From contig NC_092382.1 in assembly GCF_030028105.1 (NCBI RefSeq), positions 98,348,699 through 98,412,698 of the forward strand: 64,000 nucleotides of DNA. Reading direction: 5' to 3'. Shown piece after piece: positions 63,605 to 64,000 of this stretch. The DNA is from Mobula birostris (Eukaryota). The number at the start of each line of letters is the position of its first letter. The stretch's first letter is position 1. Below the pieces are notes generated by a model that saw only the letters and a program-made list of their open reading frames with translations, made no database searches and had not been told where the DNA came from. Made by a program: the position numbers and the translations under genes.

Positions 63605-64000
63605 CTGTTAAACAAAATTCGACAAGACTCTAATCTCTCAGTTGTTAATCAGAGCGCGCGGAGGCTAGACAGAAGAAATGGACGGATTCTTTTGCGAAGA
63701 CCCAGGGTCTTATTCAATAAACTCGAAGATTCACAATACTATCCGACGTGCAGTAGGCACGATACACCGCCCTGATTCACACCTACTCTCCTTCAGTTTA
63801 AACAAGTTGCATTGAACCACAGTGGAGAACTGTGATGATTTAATACGGTGTGGCATACTCGCACTTGATCCGCGTCCGGGACCCCACATACCCCCTCCGA
63901 GAAATAGCCAAAATCCTTTTCGAAGTTTCATAGCGTAACAGAAGGGGGCGTGTTATACCCCAGTCCATAGTGGGTCGCTCTGACAAGCGCGTTAACGATT

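Overview
Vertebrate genomic DNA, most likely from a cartilaginous fish and probably a ray. This is inferred from the repeat families and the GPR139-like receptor. Bases 1-23.8 kb are mostly decayed repeats (CR1 LINEs, Rex/Babar, Penelope-like, Tc1) around one intact two-exon GPR139/142-like GPCR on the minus strand (7859-11676). Bases 23.8-64 kb are a rearranging antigen-receptor V cluster: 18 minus-strand V segments (V1-V18) plus one orphan leader exon. Each V has a leader/intron/V-exon layout and, where preserved, a 23-bp-spacer RSS. Their frameworks resemble TCR beta, specifically the TRBV30-like type. They form about three mosaic tandem copies of a six-V cassette (families A, A', B, C, D, E). 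About 5-6 look usable; the rest have frameshifts, lost Cys/Trp, deletions or broken RSS. No D, J or C segment was seen. Main hidden signals: (1) a same-orientation CTCF motif about 40 bp beyond the RSS nonamer at 15 of 17 RSS-bearing V segments; (2) an intact minimal hammerhead ribozyme in a Penelope-like insertion (4967-5002); (3) ETS-CRE promoter modules; (4) leader exons that read as antisense 23-RSS; (5) a GPCR gene possibly inside the V-to-DJC interval. All coordinates were read by eye and repeat boundaries are approximate.
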